Positions 63,197 to 64,000 of a stretch of DNA of 64,000 bases are shown piece by piece. The first letter of the stretch is position 1. Each line of letters begins with the position of its first letter. A program made the translations under genes and the position numbers. Location of the stretch: positions 224,001 through 288,000 of the forward strand of contig CAVOKF010000004.1 in the NCBI GenBank assembly GCA_963696385.1. The letters run 5' to 3'. The notes beneath the pieces were generated by a model, which was not told where the DNA came from, searched no databases, and was given only the letters and a program-made list of their open reading frames with translations. Origin of the DNA: an uncultured delta proteobacterium (lineage in GTDB: Bacteria > Myxococcota_A > Polyangia > Polyangiales > Polyangiaceae).

Positions 63197-64000
63197 ATGC
63201 GGTTCGCCACGGCCCTTGCCGCCTTCGGCTTGGCGACGGCGCCGCTGCCCGCCTGTCAGCCGCGATCGGCACCCTCCGAAGGGAGCGGATCGGCGAAGGC
63301 ATCCGCAGACGCCGGTGAATCGCAAATTCTCGCGCGCGTCGGCGATCGCACGATCACCCTGGGGGACTATGTCGCGGCGCTCAGCCACTTGGATGAGTTC
63401 GATCGGCTGCGGTACGAGGCGCCCGAGCGGCGCAAGGACTTGCTCGACGAAATGATCGACGTCATGCTGCTGGCCGACGAGGCGCGCGACAAGGGCTACG
63501 ACAAAGAGCCTCTCGCGCAGCAGGAGCTTCGCGAGATTCTTCGTGACGCGATGCTCAAAAAGGCTCGGGAGGGGAGCCCCGCGCCGAATGCCATTCCCGA
63601 GGGCGAGGTTCGCGCCTACTACGAAGCGCACAGGGCCGATTTCCACGATCCCGAACGCCGCCGGGTTTCCGCCGTGGTCCTCGCGAGTCGGGCAGAAGCG
63701 GAGGCGGTCTTGCAGGCTGCCGAGCGGATCGCGGAGGGCGGCGCCGGTCCAGCCGCTCGGTCGGTGGCTTGGGGGGAGATCGTCCGGGCCAAATCGATGG
63801 ACCCGGAGTCGAAAGCCGATGTCCCTGTCGACCTCGCGGGCGACTTGGGGTTCGTCAGCCCGCCTGGCGACTCTCGGGGCGACAATCCCAGAGTTCCCCT
63901 CGAGGTCCGTCTAGCGGTCTTCGAGATCGCGCAGGTCGGTGACATCCTGGAACGAGTGGTTCCGGCGAGCGGTCGCTATTACGTCATCAAGTTCGCGAGT
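63197..64000 (+). CDS. PpiC/PrsA-type peptidyl-prolyl isomerase lipoprotein (runs off the window)
   Basis: MRFATALAAFGLATAPLPAC, ARVGDRTIT, EVRAYYEAH..F..PE and AGDLGFV. Confidence 0.85.
   Translation, partial: MRFATALAAFGLATAPLPACQPRSAPSEGSGSAKASADAGESQILARVGDRTITLGDYVAALSHLDEFDRLRYEAPERRKDLLDEMIDVMLLADEARDKGYDKEPLAQQELREILRDAMLKKAREGSPAPNAIPEGEVRAYYEAHRADFHDPERRRVSAVVLASRAEAEAVLQAAERIAEGGAGPAARSVAWGEIVRAKSMDPESKADVPVDLAGDLGFVSPPGDSRGDNPRVPLEVRLAVFEIAQVGDILERVVPASGRYYVIKFAS

Overview
GC-rich, gene-dense window of a myxobacterium-like chromosome (Polyangiaceae-type inferred from the DUF2378 gene, DAG-rich lipoproteins and gene content). It is probably origin-proximal: dnaN-recF-gyrB without dnaA, an oriC-like array of degenerate DnaA boxes before dnaN, and two parS palindromes at zapA/bioF and inside bioD. 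Housekeeping genes include clpB, trxC, aroC, an aroK-aroB fusion, dapF, pyrH, bioA/bioF/bioD, cinA-thpR, tlyA, an mqnD-like gene and tRNA-Lys(CTT). Accessory or envelope loci include a GDP-heptose-type operon with its own transaldolase, two tandem giant TPR/DUF3857/transglutaminase-like proteins (one apparently inactive), a UbiA + CPBP protease + TMTC-like glycosyltransferase neighbourhood, a CcmF-CcmH fusion with two CcmI-like partners, an orphan SctQ/FliN-type protein, a sigma54 two-component system and MoxR-DUF58-TgpA. Non-coding signals are a small MITE/REP-like repeat family, a 64-bp tandem duplication and sigma54/sigma70 promoters. Several single-base frameshifts look like long-read indel errors. 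No integrase, transposase or CRISPR array was seen. All family calls are from motif recognition by eye, not database searches.
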